DNA of 64,000 nucleotides from the NCBI GenBank assembly GCA_013239625.1, contig MU056050.1, positions 5,279,366 to 5,343,365 of the forward strand, read 5' to 3'. Below are positions 14,086-26,890 of the stretch, piece by piece. Numbering within the stretch: the first letter of the stretch is position 1; each line of letters starts with the position of its first letter. A model generated the notes under the pieces. It made no database searches. It saw only the letters and a list, made by a program, of their open reading frames with translations, and had not been told where the DNA came from. The stretch comes from Lama guanicoe. Taxonomy: Eukaryota. The position numbers and the translations under genes are program-made.

Positions 14086-15953
14086 TTGATAGGGACATGC
14101 AGATGAGCTTTTATGAAACCAACTGAATTGCTTTAAGTTTTTTTGAAAATTAAAAATGATTACATTCCATAAGAAATATACACAATAAATGAAATGTAAT
14201 ATAAGTATGAGTTTTCTTCTCATTTTCTCTTTAGCTAAATTGTTTCAAAGAATGCAAATTTACCCTGAACCATAAAAGCTGTTTTCTCATATGCTCCTTG
14301 TCTCCTGAACTGTGTCGACAAAGGTAAAATTGCCAACTATATAATGCACACACACACAAACCAACCTGGCAAAAGTCACAAAATGACATTTAATAAAATA
14401 TTCATTAATACAGACAAATAATAATGAGTGAAAGTTTTGAATTATGGATATAAAATTCATCTTCTCTCTTCCAAGTACCTAGGGCAAATCTATCTATTTT
14501 AAAATTATTAACTCTAGGATGGAGTCTTAATTTCAATAAAAATATAAGCAGCTTATATTTTTCCTAATGAGTTCAAATTTTGATGAACCTCTGTCCAAAT
14601 TATGTTCAGTTATGAAGTACGAAAGTTCCTACTAATGAATGTTTAGTGTATTGAATGCCAAGAGAATGTTTCTCAAGTTTAAAAGAAGTCACAATCTCTA
14701 CTTAATCACTTTTGGACCTGTTTTTGATTTTGATTTTTGATGTTTAGTAATTTTCCCCTAGAGTTATTAAAGCTGGACTATAAAGGAATTTGCAGATACG
14801 TAGTGTTAACTCTATTGTATAATATTTAGGCTTTTCAAAAGGAAAAATGGCTTTCCCTCTGTATGCTCAACATTCAAGTATTCATTCAGCCAGAAAATGT
14901 CTCTTATCAATGGAATGGATGATAGAATATTAGGGAATATGTAAGCCTCTCTAATTAGCAAAGCATTCTTCCACGCTTGTCACAGAAAATCAAAGCTTGG
15001 CAGAAACCCATGCTCATCTCACATAAGAGGAATGAGGCTTAAAACAGCACATGCAAATGGTGACCTTTAAAAAGTATGTCAAGTTGTTCTATAAAGTGTT
15101 TTAAAACCTGAAAAATAGGCATTAGTTCAGGGAAATAAATATGGCAGAAGGAAGACTCACTGTATTAGCTTATATTTCTATAGAACTTTCCCATTGATTT
15201 GGTTGAAACAATCAGTTCCCTATTATATATTGGTTTACTGGTCAGAAAGGAAAGGCAAGCTTTCTAATCATTATCTATCTAAAAATTAGTCCACATTTCT
15301 TCTGTTCTCTCTTGTGGAATTATTGATGTTTTGATGACATTATATCACAAAGCATGGCTGCACAGAAAGAGAGAAGAAAAATATAACACTGATTAATATA
15401 CAAACATTTTTGATTCAACACAATGAGGGAACAATCAGAACAGGAGTAAAAAAAGGTCAGCATGAGGTAGGAGAGAGGCTCATCAATGAATAAATGAATA
15501 TGTGATCCCTTAGGAGGAAATTTACTAAGGAGAATAATAAAGCTTTAATAATTGGAGAATAGACGAATTGGTAATTTAAATACTGCATATATATTTTCCC
15601 CATAATTATATATATATATATTTCAAGTAAAATAATAAAATACTAAAGAATATTGATAAAGACATCATATGACTTCCATTTGAATGTGAACACAGCAGTA
15701 TACAGTAAGAATTTTCTACTTCTCTCCGAAATCAGTTAGAAATACCAAAAAGAACTAGGAAACACATGAGAACACAAACACAAAAGGTCTAAAAATGCTG
15801 CTATAAGCAGTGGAGTTCAAGCAGAGATACAGGAAAAGTCAGGTAGAGAAAGTTCTCATGGCTGCTGATGTCAGAAATAAATAGTAATGTATATTTGCCC
15901 AAAGCGAGGGGCACACGTGAGAACAATGGCAATTTCATGATGGAGTTTTCCAA

Positions 15954-16399
15954 TGAGAAAGATTCTTTGCTTGATTAGACTCTGGTCAGACCCCTGAAAT
16001 CTCTGTACTCCTGTACAAGTCTTTGTAAAATCAAGTTTTGGCAAAAACCCTGCTAAGTGAGTTTTACCAGAACCTCCTGCCCCTGATATCTGTTCTGGAT
16101 CCTCATTCTCTCCCATCTCTCAGGTGACTTCTCATAGACCTAGCAAGAATCCTGTTAAGCTGAGTTAGCCAAAACCCGCTTACTCATGATGTTTCCTCTT
16201 AGTAATTTTCAATTCTCTAGCCTCACCCTGCTGCTTGTAAATTTCCTCTTACACAAGCTGTATTGGGAGTTGTGCCGAATCCCTCTCATCTACTGTAAAA
16301 ATCCCACTGCAATGGTCCCTGTATATATTGTTAACAGTCCTAAATAAAATCTGCCTTACCACCTTTAACAAGTATCATCAATATTCCTTTTCTGTAAAA
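15954..16399 (+). mobile_element. MER31 (ERV1) solo LTR
   Basis: Starts TGAGAAAGATTCTTTGCTTG. Contains GATGTTTCCTCTTAGTAATTTTC and AATAAA...CTTTAACAAGTATCAT as in MER31A/B. 4-bp TSD CCAA at 15950-15953 and 16400-16403. Confidence 0.88.
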
Positions 16400-16829
16400 C
16401 CAACCACACACTTTGGTTCCATACAGAGGAAGCAGGCTTAAAACACACAGAAGAGTCAAATTTTCAAAAGCAGTCTTGTAGCAGATGGTAACTATTCTAG
16501 ATCGTGTGAACTATTTGAGATGCTGAGAGAGAACTAACATCTAAATCACTGCACATACACACAACCATGACTCTAGATAACAAGGAAAAGCACAAAAAGC
16601 CTGGAACACCATCCACGCTTCTCCACAAGGAAAGTCTCTAGTCAAACCTGATCCTGTAAAAATTTAACACAATGAAAAAGGAGTAATTTTAAAAAGTAGT
16701 AGCACAGGATAAATTTAAAATAAGAAAAAAAGGATGAAATAAATGTTTTTTAGCATAATTTATGAACAAATTAATTGAAAGTTAAACTAAAGTCAATGTT
16801 CCAGAAAACATTGACACAGGATGTATGGA

Positions 16830-17120
16830 TAGATCTGCAGATAGATAGATACATGGATACAGATATACTGTTTATCATGTATATGATATACATTATATTA
16901 TTATATGCAAAATAGTGTACTACATGTATATACATCATCTAGCCTATATAATGCATTACTTAGTTTATATAGTTTAGCATATATATTATAAACTATAATA
17001 TGTTACATATAAACTATATAATGTATTAAACAGATAACATAGTGTATACCTATAGTACATTATAGTCTGCATATGTGTAATATATTATATATCAAATACA
17101 TAATTAATATACATATACAT
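16830..17120. repeat. Degenerate TA-rich low-complexity tract
   Basis: Repeated TATATA/ATAGT/ACTAT motifs. Confidence 0.75.
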
Positions 17121-17258
17121 TCCTAAAAATATTGAACTTTAAGTAATAAAGATAAAGTCTTTGTGACACCAAAGAAAAACCAAGTTGCATATGTTGATTT
17201 TTTAAAAAAATCAGATCTGACTTCCTAATTCCCCATACACTGGTCAATATCCAGAAGG

Positions 17259-17282
17259 CACACACACACACACACACACACA
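17259..17282 (+). repeat. (CA)12 microsatellite
   Basis: Read directly from the sequence. Confidence 0.95.
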
Positions 17283-17459
17283 AAAACCAAAATAACCTAC
17301 AAAATCCTTAAGGAAATGTTTCACGCATTTTGGATATTTATATACATAAACTTTCAATCAAGTATAAAATCAAGACGGTAAAAAAGTCTAAGAAATAGCA
17401 GGCATGATTGACTTAAACTACAGAACGAAACTTTGTAATGGGGTTAAAATTACAGAGCT

Positions 17460-17650
17460 AGACAGGAAGGAACTGCGAGTGACTGCTAATGGGAAGGGGT
17501 TCTTTCTGTTGTGATAAAAATGTTCTCAAGTTGACGGTAGTGGTGGAGGTTGTATAATTCTGTGAATAAACTAAAAATCACTGAATTGTGAGTTTTAAAA
17601 AGATTAATTTTATGGTACATGAATTACATCTCACTAAAGCAGTATAAACA
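17460..17650 (+). mobile_element. L1MB-type 3' UTR end
   Basis: GTGACTGCTAATGGG...GTGATAAAAATGTTCTC...CACTGAATTGT...TGAATTACATCTCACTAAAGC. Confidence 0.85.
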
Positions 17651-17714
17651 TATTCTATGCCTCGCACAAATTTTGATATGTTATATTTTAATTTACATTC
17701 AAAGTATTTTCTAG

Positions 17715-19088
17715 GTGGGAAGGTCATGTTAGCAAGCATGTCCAGACCTCACTTCCACCCTCCCAGAAACACCAAATTAACAACCGTTTGTGGGTGAAAA
17801 TACATTTATGTGCACTTCAGAGTTCAACTAAGAGATCCTAGCACCCTGATAAAGCACAAAATCTGCAGTCAGCTGCAATAAAAAGGGTAAGAAGAACTGT
17901 TTCCCTTTATCCATGTCGTTTCCCCACCAAGCCAGCATATTTTAGGACTAAGAGAAAGTCCCCAGCCTACAACTTCTCCCACAGGAGAAGGAGAGAGTCA
18001 AGTGAGAGTCCGGCCTCCCCAGCCTTTGGGGGAAATTTCCCAAAAGTTCAACCTCTATCTTTCTACACAACTAATGGTTAGAAAATAGGGACAGATGCAT
18101 CTGGAGGCAAGAAAGTTCAAAGAAATTGGGCAAGGTCTCATAGAAAATGACGTGTGCAACTTTTTTGTAATTGAAGCATACTTGATTTACAGTACTGTGT
18201 TCGTTTCTGGTATACAGTACAGTGATTCAATTATACACGTATCTACCCTTTTTTCAAAGCCTTTTCCATTATCAGTTATTACAAGATACTGAATATAGTT
18301 CCCTGTGCTGTACAGTAGGACCTTATTGTTTATCTATTTTATGAACATGTGGATCTTAACTTCCCAGTGCATCCCTGTAGATGGCACCCGCTGCACACCC
18401 ACAACTAGTGACTTGTACACTCTTGCAGCTGGTGCCCCATATACCCTGCAGCAAGCACAGATCTCAGCAGCTAGTTCTACTCTACAGGATGGGGTGAAGG
18501 TGAATAACACTCAGACCACTTCTTCTGCAGTGAGACAGAGAAGTGGAGCTTGCACTCATCACCCTGGCATCACAGTACACTACTTGAGGGAAAAAGGATG
18601 GGTGACTTCAGCACACTGACATGGAATTGTTGGGTAGGGAGAAGGTGCACAATCCTAAGACATTTCCTTCAGGAGGGAGGGAGGTAAGTGCTGCTAGCAT
18701 CCAATGCCTTGACGTATCAGGCCAGAGAGTGGGAAAAGGAGTGGGTGGCTCTCCCAGCATGGCTCTGTGAGATCAAGAGAGGATACGCAATCCTAAGACT
18801 TCCCCCAGTCCACAAACGAGTGAGAGAAAAGAAGGAGGCACATCTATAGAAAAGGTTTGAGAGACCACCAGAATCTTTAGCCTGGCTGTCTTGTGAAGGT
18901 ATTTCCCTCCTAAAGCCAGCCCATGAAGACTGAAAGAGGTGATTGCTTCTTCAAATGTACATTCACCAATACAAGGCTACAAGGATAACAAAAAATAGGG
19001 AAACATGACACTATTTCAGGAATAAAAGAAGCTCTAATAACCAACCCCAAAGAATTGAAGATCTATGAGTTATCTGATAAAGAATTTT
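17715..19088 (+). mobile_element. LINE-1 5' UTR and start of ORF1 (older L1M type)
   Basis: GC-richer 5' UTR ending in an ORF1-start motif GGAAACATGACAC...CCCCAAAGAATTGAAGATCTATGAGTTATCTGATAAAGAATT. Confidence 0.7.
18160..18342 (-). mobile_element. Short L1 3'-end insertion (cetartiodactyl type) nested in the L1 5' UTR
   Basis: Poly(T) followed by AATTGAAGCATACTTGATTTACAGT...GAATATAGTTCCCTGTGCTGTACAGTAGG, the antisense of an L1 tail. Confidence 0.85.
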
Positions 19089-19094
19089 TTTTAA

Positions 19095-19621
19095 ATTATT
19101 TTTTCATGTACCTGTTACCATCTGTATGTCTTCTTTGGAAAACTACCTACTTAGGTCTTCTGCCCATTTTATTGACTGAGTTGTTTGTTTTTCTGGTATT
19201 GAGTTGTATGTGCTATTTATATATTTTGGATATTAATCGATTGCTGGTCATGTCATTTGCAATTTTTTCCCATTCCATATGTTGTCTTTTGATGCCATTT
19301 TTTAACTTTTTCACTAATTATTGGAGAAATGCAAACAAAACAACATGAGTGATCACATCACACCAGTTAGAATGGCCATTATCAAAACACCTACAAATAA
19401 CAACTGCTGGCAAGGATGCAGAGAAAGGGGAACCCTCCTACACTATTGGTGGAAATGTAAATTGGTACATCACTATGGTAAACAGTACGGAGCTTACTCA
19501 AAAAACTTAAAATTACCATTTGATACAACAATTCCAATCCTGGGTACATACCTGGAAAAAACAGAAACACTAATTCAAAAAGATAAATGTACCCCTATGT
19601 TCATAGCAGCACTACTTACAA
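19095..19621 (+). mobile_element. L1 ORF2 C-terminal fragment with 5' inversion (antisense ~19095-19295, sense ~19311-19621)
   Basis: The antisense block starts at the complement of ...GGTACATGAAAA and the sense block starts TCACTAATTATTGGAGAAATGC, which are near-adjacent positions in L1. ORF 19321-19641 gives ITPVRMAII...CWQGC...[10 protein letters not shown]. Confidence 0.8.
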
Positions 19622-19699
19622 TTTTTACTATTTACTGTTGAATCCTCAGAATCAAGTAGAAAACTGTTTGCTACTTCAGATATGCTGGCAGAGTAACAA

Positions 19700-22600
19700 C
19701 TCATCAAACACCAATGAAGAACTATAGTTAACACTGTACCACAGAAGGAAAAAGACAATTCTCCAAAAACCAAACTTAAAGTCATGGAATACTGTGTTCT
19801 AAATGGTAGAGAACTCAAAATGGCTGTAATAAAGAAACTCACTGAGATACAGGAAAACTCAGAAAGGCAGATTCATGAGCTTAGGAAACAAATTAATGAA
19901 CAGAAGGAATATTTTATCAAAGAGGCTGAAATTCTAAAAAAAAGAACCAAATAGAAATGGAGTTAAAGATCTCAATAAATGAGATGAAGAATGCATTAGA
20001 AAGCTCTGGAAATAGAGCAGACCATATTAAAAAGAGAATTAGTGAGCATGAAATAGAAATTTAGAAGTGATACTCATAGAAAAGGAAAGAGAATCAAGAT
20101 ATACAAAAATGAGGAAATCCTACAATAGCTATTCAACTCTTTTAGGAAGAGCAACATTAGGGTAATGGGTATCCCAAATGGAGAAGAGAGGGAGAGGGAG
20201 CAGAGAGCTTATTTTAAAAAATAGTAACTGAGAAAATCTCAAACCTGAGAGAGTATTGATATACAAGTCTATGAAACTAAGAGAACATCTAATTATCTCA
20301 ACACAAAAAGACCTTCAACAAGTCACATTATATGAAAACTGTCAAAAGCCAATGACAAAAAGGATTTTAAAGGCAGCCAGGGATAAAAAGGATAGTAACT
20401 TATCAAAGAATCACCATTTAGGCTTTCAGCCAATTTCTTAGCAGAAACTCTACAGGCTGGGAGGAAGTGTAATGACATTCTCAAAATACCAAGAGATAAA
20501 AAGAAACTGTCAGCCAAGAATACTCTATCCAGCAAAGTTATCATTCAGATATGAAGGAGGAATAAAGAGTTTCTAAGAAAAACAAAAGATGAGGAAGTTC
20601 ATTAACACTAGGCCTGCCTTACAAGAAATATGGAAAGGTGCCCTTCTACCAGAAATGAGAAGCAAAATAAACAAAACTTGAGTAAGGTGATAAATAGGTG
20701 AACAGAAACAGAAAAAATAACTGTACCTACTTCAATTCAGTTACAAACTTACAATGTAAAATACTGATCATTTCAGACAACAGAAAGATAAAAGGAGAAG
20801 AGGAAAAGGATGGAACTTGTATAGGTAAATGAAGATACCATGTTATCAGCAGAAAAATTACTATTTTCTATATGAGATATTTTATACTAACCTCATGATA
20901 AACACAAAACATAGATCTAAAGCAGAGACACAAACATTAAAAAGAGGAAACTGACAAAAACATCATAGTAAACCACCAAATGAAAATGGCACACAGAAAC
21001 ACACAGAAAAAAAAATGGAGGTATAGAGCAACCAGAAAACAAAAGATAAAAATGGCACTATTAAATCCTCATCTATCAATTATCTTAAATGGAAGTGTCT
21101 TGAATTCACCAATCAAAAGACACATAGAGGCTAGATGGATTAAAAACAAGACACAATTATATGCTGCCTCCAAAAGACTCCCCTCAGCTCTAAAGATAAA
21201 CATAGCCTCAAAGTGAAAGAATGGAAGATGACACTGCAAGCAAATGACATCCAAGAGGGAGTGGGAGTAGAAATCTTTATACAACACGAAATAGACTTCA
21301 CCCAAAAAATGTTTAAAAAGACAAAGATGAACAATATATAATGATAAAGGGGACAATTCATCTAGAAGACATAATGATTATCAATAAGTATATATAAACC
21401 TAATTTAACCACACAAAAATATATAAAATAATTATTAATAGACCAAAAGGAGAAATTGACAGCAGTATAATCACTGACAGCAGAAATTTAATACACCAGT
21501 GACATCAATGCATTGATCATCCAGACAAAAAGGAAACAGTGGCCTTAAATGAAACATTAGACTAGATGGATTTGATCTGATAAGATTTTTATAAAACATT
21601 CCATTAAACTACAGCAGACTATACATTCTTCTCATGTACACAATGAACTTTGCCAAGGATAGATAATGTGTAGGGACACAAAAAAAGCTTCAATAAATTT
21701 AAGAAGACTGAAATCATATCAAGCATCTTTTCCAACCACAATGATATAAAACTAGAAATCAGCTATAAGAAGAAAGTTGGAACAATCACAAATATGTGCA
21801 GACTGAACAACATTCTACTGAACAATATTAGGTCAATGAAGTAATCAAGGGAGAAATTTTAAAAAATACCTGAAGACAAATGAATATTCAAATATGACAT
21901 ACACAAATATTTGCATGCAGCAAAAGGGGTACTAAGAGGGAAGTTTGTAGCAGTAGAAGCCTACCTGAAGAAACAAGAAAAATCTCAAATTAACAATATA
22001 ACCTTATGTATAAAGGAACTAGAAAAAGAACAAGCAAAGCTCAGTCAGTAGAAGGAAGACTCTAATAAAGGAGAGAGCAGAAATAAATGAAACAGAGACT
22101 GAGAAGACAATAGAAAAGATCAAACTGAGAGCTGTTTCTTTGAAAAGATAAATACATTTGACAAACCTTCAGCTAGACTCACTAAGAAAGAAGAAAGAAG
22201 GTGCTGATACATAAAATCAGAAAGCAAAGAGGAGAAATAAAAAGATACCAACCACAGAAATACAAATAATTAATAAGAACATTATGAACAGTTATACACC
22301 AACAACTTGGACAACCTAGAAGAAATGGACAATTTTGTACTATCATACAATCTTACAAGAGTAGAATCAGGAAGAAATAGAAGATCTGAATAGATCAATC
22401 AAAAGTAAAGAGATTGAAACAGTAATCCAAAACCTCCCCAAAAACAGAAGTCCAGGACCAGACAACTTCACTGGTGAATTCTACCAAATATTCAGAGAAG
22501 ATTTAATACCTATCCCTCTCAAACTCTTCAAAAAAAAGAAAAAAAGAGGAGGGAGCATATCCTAAATCACTTTGTAAGGCCAACATTACCCTGATACCAA

Positions 22601-22780
22601 AACCAAAGACAACACAAAGAAAATTACAAGCCAGTATCGCTGATGAATATAGATGCAAAAATCCTCAACAAAATATTAATTTACCAAATTAAAGAAAACA
22701 TTCAAAGGATGATGCATCATCAAGTGGGATTTATTCCAGAGATGCAAGGATGGTTCAACATGCAAAAACCAATCAATGTA
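19700..22780 (+). mobile_element. LINE-1 ORF1 plus ORF2 (endonuclease to start of RT), decayed
   Basis: ORF1 motifs (AGCAGAAACTCTACAGGC, AGAATACTCTATCCAGCAAAG), ORF2 start near 21050 (LSII.LN..GLNSPIKRH), CCAGGACCAGAC...GAATTCTACC at ~22455, and CAAGTGGGATTTATTCC...TGGTTCAAC at ~22720. Many stops and frameshifts. Confidence 0.92.
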
Positions 22781-22799
22781 TATGTATAAAATTTTATAC

Positions 22800-22970
22800 A
22801 CAGCACAAACTATTCTATACATTAAATAAGCTACAAGGATATATTGTATAGCACAGGGAATATAGACAATATTTTATAATAACTTTGAATGGAGTATAAT
22901 CTATAAAAAGTTGAATCACTATGTACATCTGAAACTACTGTTGTAAATTAACTATATGTCAATAAAAATA
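22800..22970 (+). mobile_element. L1 3' UTR end (L1MA9/artiodactyl type)
   Basis: CAAGGATATATTGTATAGCACAGGGAATATAG...CTGAAACT...TTGTAAATTAACTATATGTCAATAAAAA. Confidence 0.85.
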
Positions 22971-24110
22971 ATATCAACAGAAAATTATAACATCAAAAGT
23001 AATCTATTAAGTGTTGTACAAGATTAGTAAATTGAAAATTATAAATATTAGCAAGAGATATTTGAAAATATCAAAATGAATGGCAGAATAGAATGTGTCT
23101 GTGTATTGAGTTAATATTATTAAGTTGTCAAATTTTCTGAAATTAATCAGTAGATTCACTGCAGTACAATCAAAATCTAAAAGAATACTGGGTCAACTGG
23201 GGATCCTCATGGAATAAAAAAGAAACTTCATTTCTTTATCTCATGACATATACAAATACAGTCTCAATTTATTCTGATCTACATTTTAAATGTACCACAA
23301 TAAAAATGTTAAAGAAAATAATGGTAAAGCATTTTTGTGACTTAAGCAAATATTTCTTAAACAGAGCAAATATATGCTAATCATAAAAGGCAAGAATGAT
23401 ACATCGAATTATATTTAAGTTAAGTACTTCTGTTTATCAAAAGATACCATTCAAAAAAAGAAATTTCAAGATGGTAGAAGTTCGCTTTAATACAACATCC
23501 AATAAAGAATGACTATCCAACTATATAACCTAAAAAAAACTGAATCAAAAAGGAAAAACCTAAAGGAGCTGAACAGAAAATAGGGCAAAATAATTAAACA
23601 GATGCTTCCCAAGAGAAGATATGCAAATAGGTATTAAACATGTGAAAAGGTGTTCAATCTCATTAATTATCAGGGAATTGCAAATTAAAACCACAAGAAG
23701 ATACCACTAACTGCCCATCTGAATTGCTAAAATAAAAAAAAAAGTATTAAACACATGTTCCAAGGGATTTAGGACAAGGAGAGTACTCATGAACTTTGGA
23801 AGTATACCCTTTTAAAAAGTGTCTGAGAGAACCTACCAATGCTGAACATGTTTATAACAAATTTTCCATCAATTCTACTGCACAAAAGTTAATACATTGC
23901 TTTCAAAAGACATGTACTGAAACATTTGTGGCAGTATTACCCATAATCGTCAAAAAACAGAAAAAATCAATGTTTATTAAGAATAGAGTAGGTAAATGCA
24001 TTTTATTCATACAATGGAATACATTGCAGCAAAGAGAATGAATCACTAAATTATATACTACAATCTGAATGAATTTAAGAAATGTAACTTTGAGTAACAC
24101 AAGCCATACC

Positions 24111-24492
24111 TATCTTAGTCAGCTAGGGATACTATAACAAAATACCATAGATTCGGTGGTTTAAACAAGAGACATTAACTTCGCATAATTTTGGATGATA
24201 AGTCTAAGATCAAGGTGCCAGCCAGTTCAGTTCCTGCTGCAAGCTACCTTCAGCTACGTTACAGAGGGCTACCTTCTCATTGTGTCACTATATGGAGAAG
24301 AGTAATCTCTTGCTCTCTTCTTCTTCTTATAGAGCCACCATAAGTCACCAGCCACCTCATCATACGGTCCCCACTCTCATGATCTCATCTAACTCTAATT
24401 ACCTCCCAAAGGCCCCATCTCTGGGTGCCATCACACTGAAGATTAGAACTTCAACATATAAATTATGGGGATATACAATTCAGTCTATAGCA
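24111..24492 (-). mobile_element. MLT1A-type MaLR solo LTR
   Basis: TATCTTAGTC...AAGTCTAAGATCAAGGTGCCAGC...TAATTACCTCCCAAAGGCCCCATCTC...ATTCAGTCTATAGCA. Degenerate 5-bp TSD ATACC/ATACT. Confidence 0.9.
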
Positions 24493-24504
24493 ATACTCAT
24501 ATCA

Positions 24505-25045
24505 GTTCATATCTTAGAGGAAGAAAGATGTTCTCTCTACCCTTATAGGCTTGATAGCTGGGCCTATGAAATAAACTGGTAACAGGAAGATTAATGGGAG
24601 AAAAGATATACAAACTTATTATTTCTTAATAATATGTTCACAGGGACATCACAGTAAAAAAGTGAATACCCAAAAAAGCAGTGACATTCCAAAGCTTATG
24701 TATCTTCTTAAAGGGGGAAGTGGGAGGGAGATATGAGCCACTTAAAAAAAAAAGAGTAAATTCTTTTAAGGAAAGATGAATGGGCCCTTAGAAGAACAAT
24801 AGTTTGTCCAGATTTGCTATCAACTTCTAGTCTCCTCTCTTGGGATAAGAGTCAATCTTCTCTGATTAATGAATCTCCCAGGGAGGGAATTTATGAAAAT
24901 TTAGTTCCTCTTGGAGTATCTGTCTTTAGACAGATAAAGGGAGTTGAGAAAAAGCCTCTCACTATTTGCTATTTTTCAAGGGTCTTCAGCTAAAAATAAT
25001 CAATATATCAAAGCTGCATATTTGGGGTACTATGTACCTCTTTTA
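24505..25045 (-). mobile_element. MER34-group ERV1 LTR
   Basis: Right end TTCAGCTAAAAATAATCAATATATCAAAGCTGCATATTTGGGG is the antisense of the MER34-like start CCCCAAAATATGCC...GATTATTTTGAGCTGAAG. Confidence 0.75.
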
Positions 25046-25294
25046 ATGTCATAAGATCACATTTGTATAAAGTACAAAATAGTTAAAATTCATAAACATT
25101 ATTACAAGTCATGCTTTTGGTTACCTTTGTGGGAGGTTAGTGCAAACAGTTCTGCACTACTACTGACGTGCTTTTCGATCTGGGAGTAGGTTACACAGGT
25201 GTGTTCCATTTTAAAAAAAAATTCTGCATGGTATGCTATTAACACATGCACTTTTCTATCTGTATACATGTATATTATACTTAAACCAAAGTAT

Positions 25295-25324
25295 CACACA
25301 CATACACACACACACACACACACA
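25295..25324 (+). repeat. Interrupted (CA)n microsatellite
   Basis: CACACACATACACACACACACACACACACA. Confidence 0.95.
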
Positions 25325-25329
25325 ATTAG

Positions 25330-26350
25330 CATATTTGCTAAATGTGCTACCAGCAAGTTCCTGTACTATGAAGTTTTAAGTTGTTGATGCCATATCTAAT
25401 TTCCAATATGGTATGTTCTATCTATTCAGTGACATCTCCTTTAAAAAATATCAGTTTGACTTTACAGAAACAGTAAAATAAATTTATTCAATTCCATTCA
25501 TGTCTTTGCTAATGGTTTTCATCAATACAGTCAGTAGATTTTTCTGTGCACACAAAGTAAATCCAACATCACTGAAAGATTCTCTTTGGATCAAAGATAA
25601 AGATTTTATACATTTTTAACATCAATCTTTTTTTTTTTAATGGAAGTTAACATCCATCTTGAATTATTTTCTACTAGTGAAACACAGGTGAAATTTATTC
25701 TATTGTCCTTTGTACTGTCATTTGTCTGTTTCAATGCCATTCATTTGGGCAAAAACTCCTTTGTTTTCATATGTTAATTCAGTGTTAAATTGTTTTGAAA
25801 CATGTTTTTGAACTTTTGAGAAGCATCATTATTCTAAAACTGCTCAAGATATTTCCATGTTTGCCTTTATATTTGTCTTTCAAATAATTTTATCTCCAGT
25901 TAGAGATGCAAAAGCCATCATTCATTTCCAATTTGTCTGAAATTTGTACAAACTCTTGAAAGTCACTCACTTTCATTAGTTGCTCCCTAGTTGCGAAAAC
26001 CTAAATGCTTAATATTATTATTTGTTTAATTATTACTCAATCTGCCAGTAACTGCATTTTTGCCACAGAATAAGAAATCAATCTTGTGACATCTACTTTC
26101 CTGTAAAAATTGTGATCTTGCCATCAGATTCTGGAAGATTCAAGTTGGCCACGTTCATAAGTGTTATAATTGTTTCTTCTGGCTGTTTTCAATATAGGAA
26201 ATATTTATTAATTCTTTTAAATATCAATTTTCATTATCTTTTATGTCTCTATTTTAACAAAATTTCCAAATGGCAAGTTGACTGAACTTATTTGCTTGGA
26301 AAAATTTATGACATGTTTTGTTTTCATTTTTATACATAATAAGTATGGCA
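25330..26350 (-). mobile_element. Probable hAT-Tip100 (Zaphod/Arthur-like) DNA transposon transposase fossil
   Basis: Manual minus-strand translation of 26030-26190 gives frameshifted pieces NLNLPESDGKIT and FLQESRCHKIDFLFCGKNAVTGRL, reminiscent of the TTF-zinc-finger N-terminus of Tip100-family transposases. No TIRs identified. Confidence 0.45.
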
Positions 26351-26539
26351 ATCTGAGAAACCAGTAGAACCAGATTTTGTTACATAGAGGGACTTTTTTC
26401 CTGGTGACCTTAGCAGAAATTTAAGATGATGGACTGGAAACTGGGAGGGCTTTTCTGTTGCCACTGCCCCAGCAATTTGGAGAGGTGGCCTTGACTCCTT
26501 GTCTGTGTGGGCCCCCTGCCTGTTTCAGATTTCAGATTT

Positions 26540-26890
26540 TAATTAATTTGAAATTTATTTTAGGACATAGTGTACAAAATAGTCTTAATTTTATTTTTTC
26601 ATTTGGTCAAAAAGCTGTGTCATTTTTCCCACTGTTACAGAAAGCAGTGATTAGAAAGACTATCTTATACCAATTTTCCATTTATGAGTGTAGGAGTTTC
26701 TAAGCTTTCCTTTCTGTCAAGTTATGTCTTTTATTCTTTTCTCTGTCAATACCAACATGCCTTGAATATCAGAACATTATAATATGAATTGATATATGGT
26801 AAGCCATGAAAACACAGCTTTTTACTTACTCAAAATAGACTTCTGAGGACAATTTGTATTTCCTTATGATTTTCAGATATAATTATCTGT
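26540..26890 (-). mobile_element. Old L1 ORF2 fragment
   Basis: Antisense L1-like motifs (CATTTTTCCCAC...ATAATATGAATTGATATATGGTAAG); diverged. Confidence 0.45.

Larger units (their letters stand above)
15670..17400 (+). mobile_element. Possible HAL1/L1ME ORF1-like fossil, interrupted by MER31 and low-complexity tracts
   Basis: A-rich, with ORF1-like motifs at 17160-17380 (AAAATCAGATCTGACTTC...CTACAAAATCCTTAAGG); very diverged. Confidence 0.35.
22990..25290 (+). mobile_element. Ancient L1 (L1MC/MD/ME) ORF2 end and 3' UTR, interrupted by two LTRs
   Basis: CATGTGAAAAGGTGTTCAATCTCATTAATTATCAGGGAATTGCAAATTAAAACCAC (23640-23700) and CATACAATGGAATAC (24008); the 3' UTR resumes after ~25050. Confidence 0.75.
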
